Source: a virus. Taken from it: a DNA stretch of 36,086 bases. Under the pieces are notes generated by a model. The model searched no databases. It was not told the DNA's origin and saw only the letters and a list, made by a program, of their open reading frames with translations. The DNA lies in UHGV virus genome UHGV-0136715; one strand, written 5' to 3'. Positions within the stretch are counted from its first letter, which is position 1. Every line of letters starts with the position of its first letter. A program made the position numbers and the translations under genes. Below, piece after piece: positions 33,587-36,086 of the stretch.

Positions 33587-34045
33587 CTATTCCTGGCCCA
33601 CGATGCTGAGGCGGTAGTCGTGCACCTCGTAGGTGACGCGGCAGACGGTGAAGCGGCAGTAGTCCCAAGGGTCGGCCGCGCAGTCCTCAGGTGTCACGTT
33701 GCCGCGCTTGAATCCGAACTCGGTGGCCACGTCGCGGACCCACTGGGCGGCGGCCTCGTCCATGGTTCCCACGAACACGGCCTCAAGCGCCGCGATGATC
33801 TGGAGGGCGGCTTCCAGCCCCTCGTCCGTGGCGAGGTCCTGCCCACGGTCGAATGCGTAGACCTCCTGGCCGAACTGATCGCGGACGCACAGCTTGGAGA
33901 CGTTGCCGCCGTCTTGGAAGCGCGGGGTGGGGATTCCGAACTGGCTGGGGGCCTTGAAGACCTTGGCCTCGTAGGTGTAGCCCTCGTGCTCGCCGTGCAC
34001 CCAATTGGAGCGGCCAGCGTCGAACTTCTTGCGGTTGATTTCCAT
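33587..34045 (-). CDS. Conserved-looking hypothetical early protein, first gene of the lytic operon
   Basis: ATG at 34045 with AAGGAAGG RBS; YEAKVF..PSQFGI...GGNVSKL...FDRG pattern. Confidence 0.7.
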   Translation of the reverse strand: MEINRKKFDAGRSNWVHGEHEGYTYEAKVFKAPSQFGIPTPRFQDGGNVSKLCVRDQFGQEVYAFDRGQDLATDEGLEAALQIIAALEAVFVGTMDEAAAQWVRDVATEFGFKRGNVTPEDCAADPWDYCRFTVCRVTYEVHDYRLSIVGQE

Positions 34046-34096
34046 GGTGGTTCCTTCCTTCTTTATGTACACGCTGTGTGTCTGCTCCTCTAAAAA

Positions 34097-34167
34097 CAGA
34101 TACTCAACGCATCGACTGAAAAGAAGAATAGACACTCAGAGTATCTATGTCAACCCTAGAGTGTCTA
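34097..34167. promoter_or_regulatory. Three operator-like 19-bp sites
   Basis: Near-palindrome TAGACACTC-A-GAGTATCTA (34129-34147); half-sites CAGATACTC (34097-34105) and GAGTGTCTA (34159-34167). Confidence 0.7.
34125..34153 (-). promoter_or_regulatory. Lytic early promoter
   Basis: TTGACA-17 bp-TATTCT on the minus strand; the palindromic operator fills the spacer. Confidence 0.8.
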
Positions 34168-34171
34168 AAAG

Positions 34172-34200
34172 TTGAAAAAAGGAGGCGGAGCGTGTACTAT
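34172..34200 (+). promoter_or_regulatory. Repressor/integrase promoter
   Basis: TTGAAA-17 bp-TACTAT, 34 nt before the repressor ATG. Confidence 0.7.
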
Positions 34201-34234
34201 TCGGGTTGTCTGAAAAATCCCGAAAGGCGCAAAA

Positions 34235-34624
34235 ATGGAACTTAAACTGATGCAGTTGCGCAAGGCTGCGGGATACAAAAGCCGCGATGCTTTTGCCGCA
34301 GTTATCGGCGTTAAGCCACTGACCTACAAGACCTGGGAAACGGGTGAGCGCAATATGAACTTCGCGCAGGCGTGCATGGTGGCCGATGCTCTCGGCTGCT
34401 CGCTTGACGAGTTGGCGGGGCGCCCCCAGTACGCCGGCAGCTATTCCGATCGGCGGCAGGCCGTCCTGAACGATGACTACGCCCACCTCTCCGATGCGGG
34501 CAAGGATGCCGCAGCCGGTGCGGTGCGGGGAATCCGCGCATCCGAGGGCGTGCGCCGGACTGAGGAAAAAAATGCGGGCGAAGGGGATGCGCCTGATACT
34601 GAATCCCAGGTATCGGTAGCGTAG
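34235..34624 (+). CDS. CI-like XRE HTH repressor
   Basis: LRKAAGYKSRDAFAAVIGV...YKTWETGER...ADALGCSLDELAGR; divergent from the lytic operon. Confidence 0.88.
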   Translation: MELKLMQLRKAAGYKSRDAFAAVIGVKPLTYKTWETGERNMNFAQACMVADALGCSLDELAGRPQYAGSYSDRRQAVLNDDYAHLSDAGKDAAAGAVRGIRASEGVRRTEEKNAGEGDAPDTESQVSVA

Positions 34625-34632
34625 GGAACCCC

Positions 34633-36086
34633 ATGGAGTACAGCCTCTGCAAAAAGCCAAGGCCTGGGCGCCGCGCCGCATCCTATGCGCGCTTCTCCTC
34701 CCACAACCAGAGAAGCGAGAGCATCGAGATACAGCACGACAACAACCTGGCGTACTGCGCCATCGAAGACCTCGACGTGGTGGCCATATACTCGGACGAG
34801 GCGAGGTCCGGTCGCAACACCAACCGCGCGGACTTCCAGCGCATGGTCGCCGATGCCAAGGCGGGGCTGTTCGATTACGTGGTGATCTACAAGGTAGCCC
34901 GAATCATGCGCAACCGCGACGAGATGGCGCTGCTGCGCATCACGCTCAGGAAGCACGGGGTCGAGGTGCTGTATTCGGGCGAGAGCATCGGCACCGGCTC
35001 GGATGCCATCCTGCAGCTTGGCTTGAAGGAGGTGCTGGCCGAGTGGGAGAGCGCCCAGCTGGCCGAGCGCATAGTGGACGGCATCCAGAAGAACGCCGAG
35101 AGGTGCATGGCCAACGGCCAGCAGCTGTACGGCTGGGATATTGTGGAGGGCTATTATGAGATAAACGAGGCCGAGGCGGGGGTGCTGAGGCGCGCGAAGG
35201 GCATGCTTTTCAACGGCAAGACCGTGGCGGAGATTGTGAGAGCGTTGGAAGGCCATACCACCAAGCGCGGAAAGCCCATCACCCACAACGCCCTGACCAA
35301 GATGCTCAAGCGGAAGCAGAACGCCGGTGTGTTCAGCTACGCGGGGCACGAGAAGGAGGGCGGCATGCCCGCCCTGTGGTCCATGGAGGAGCAGCGTATG
35401 ATCTGGAAGATGCTGGGGGACGAGACGCGGCCGCGCAGGAAGGCCGGCAATGCCGACTTCCTGCTCACGGGCAAGCTGTGGTGCGGCAAGTGCGACACGC
35501 CCATGACGGGCACCAGCGGCACCGGCAAGTCGGGCAAGGTGTACTACTACTATCAGGACAAGAAGGGCTGCGGTCGCAAGGTGCGCAAGGAGGCCATCGA
35601 GGAGAACGTGGCGGAGGCCGTTCGCGCCGCCCTGTCGGTGGAGGCCAACCGCGAGAAGATCGCCGACCTCATGCGCGAGTTCGAGGACGAGCGCGACGAT
35701 ACGCCGCAGAGCGCCATCATCGAGGGCGAACTCAAGGAGATAACGCTGGCATACGACCGCATATGGAAGGCCATCGAGCAGGGCATCGCGCCGCCGGGTG
35801 GCAAGGAGCGCGTGGACGAGCTCAAGGCGCGCGAGGAATTGCTGCAGGAGGAACTGGCCACGGCCAAGGCCATCGAGGCGGTGAAGCTGGACCGCGACCG
35901 CGTGCTGTTCATGTTGGAGAGCATGGCCGAGATAGATGACCCCAAGGCGCTCATCGACGTGTTTGTGTCGAAGGTGGTGCTCACCGGCGACGATGATTTG
36001 CATATAATCCACTACTTCGATGATAATGGCGGGGCACTTTCGCCAGGTGACGATGGCGGGGGCGGTGTTCTCCCAAATGTGAACAT
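34633..36086 (+). CDS. int: Large serine recombinase (integrase); no stop codon before the window end
   Basis: Not in the ORF track. Hand translation is open throughout: YARFSS catalytic motif, DEARSG, recombinase domain, LLTGKLWCGKC zinc ribbon, coiled coil. Confidence 0.93.
   Translation, partial: MEYSLCKKPRPGRRAASYARFSSHNQRSESIEIQHDNNLAYCAIEDLDVVAIYSDEARSGRNTNRADFQRMVADAKAGLFDYVVIYKVARIMRNRDEMALLRITLRKHGVEVLYSGESIGTGSDAILQLGLKEVLAEWESAQLAERIVDGIQKNAERCMANGQQLYGWDIVEGYYEINEAEAGVLRRAKGMLFNGKTVAEIVRALEGHTTKRGKPITHNALTKMLKRKQNAGVFSYAGHEKEGGMPALWSMEEQRMIWKMLGDETRPRRKAGNADFLLTGKLWCGKCDTPMTGTSGTGKSGKVYYYYQDKKGCGRKVRKEAIEENVAEAVRAALSVEANREKIADLMREFEDERDDTPQSAIIEGELKEITLAYDRIWKAIEQGIAPPGGKERVDELKAREELLQEELATAKAIEAVKLDRDRVLFMLESMAEIDDPKALIDVFVSKVVLTGDDDLHIIHYFDDNGGALSPGDDGGGGVLPNVN
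36064..36086 (+). other. Left (P) arm of putative attP
   Basis: GGTGTTC...AATGT....AT is an imperfect inverted repeat of positions 8-30. Confidence 0.65.

Larger units (their letters stand above)
1..36086. mobile_element. Temperate siphophage/prophage, apparently complete and delimited at its att core
   Basis: Integrase, repressor, replication/recombination, terminase, portal, capsid, tail, tape measure, holin and endolysin occur in canonical order. The two ends join into an attP-like inverted repeat and keep the integrase ORF open. Confidence 0.95.

Noticed and set aside
34477..36012. 511-aa minus-strand ORF
   Set aside because: Antisense shadow of the serine integrase.

Overview
The window looks like a complete, GC-rich temperate siphophage or prophage of about 36 kb, cut at its attachment core. 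A gut Actinobacteria/Coriobacteriia-type host is plausible but is only my inference. Almost all genes are on the minus strand, in this transcription order: early genes and a Cro-like regulator, RusA, ParB-like, DUF1351-like, RecT, replication initiator, DnaC-like loader, two DNA methyltransferases, HNH, terminase, A118/SPP1-like head and tail genes, then a lysis cassette. A CI-like repressor and a large serine integrase lie on the plus strand at the right end. The clearest special system is an intact diversity-generating retroelement (DGR): a tail-associated target gene with a variable repeat VR (4243-4362), two hairpins, avd, a template repeat TR (3426-3545) and a reverse transcriptase. All 11 TR/VR mismatches in the 120-bp repeat fall at TR adenines. 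Other notable observations: (1) joining the two window ends rebuilds an attP-like inverted repeat around GCTCCACCA, which matches a tRNA-Ala/tmRNA 3' end and lies inside the integrase ORF; (2) a C5-methyltransferase locus uses three overlapping reading frames that meet at a G7 tract; (3) a long MuF-type head protein carries a HEXXH domain and is followed by an unlisted 57-aa candidate immunity gene; (4) TerS and TerL appear fused; (5) a GCGACAC-N7-AnnnT motif recurs at late-operon boundaries. Family names come from motif recognition by eye, not from database searches.
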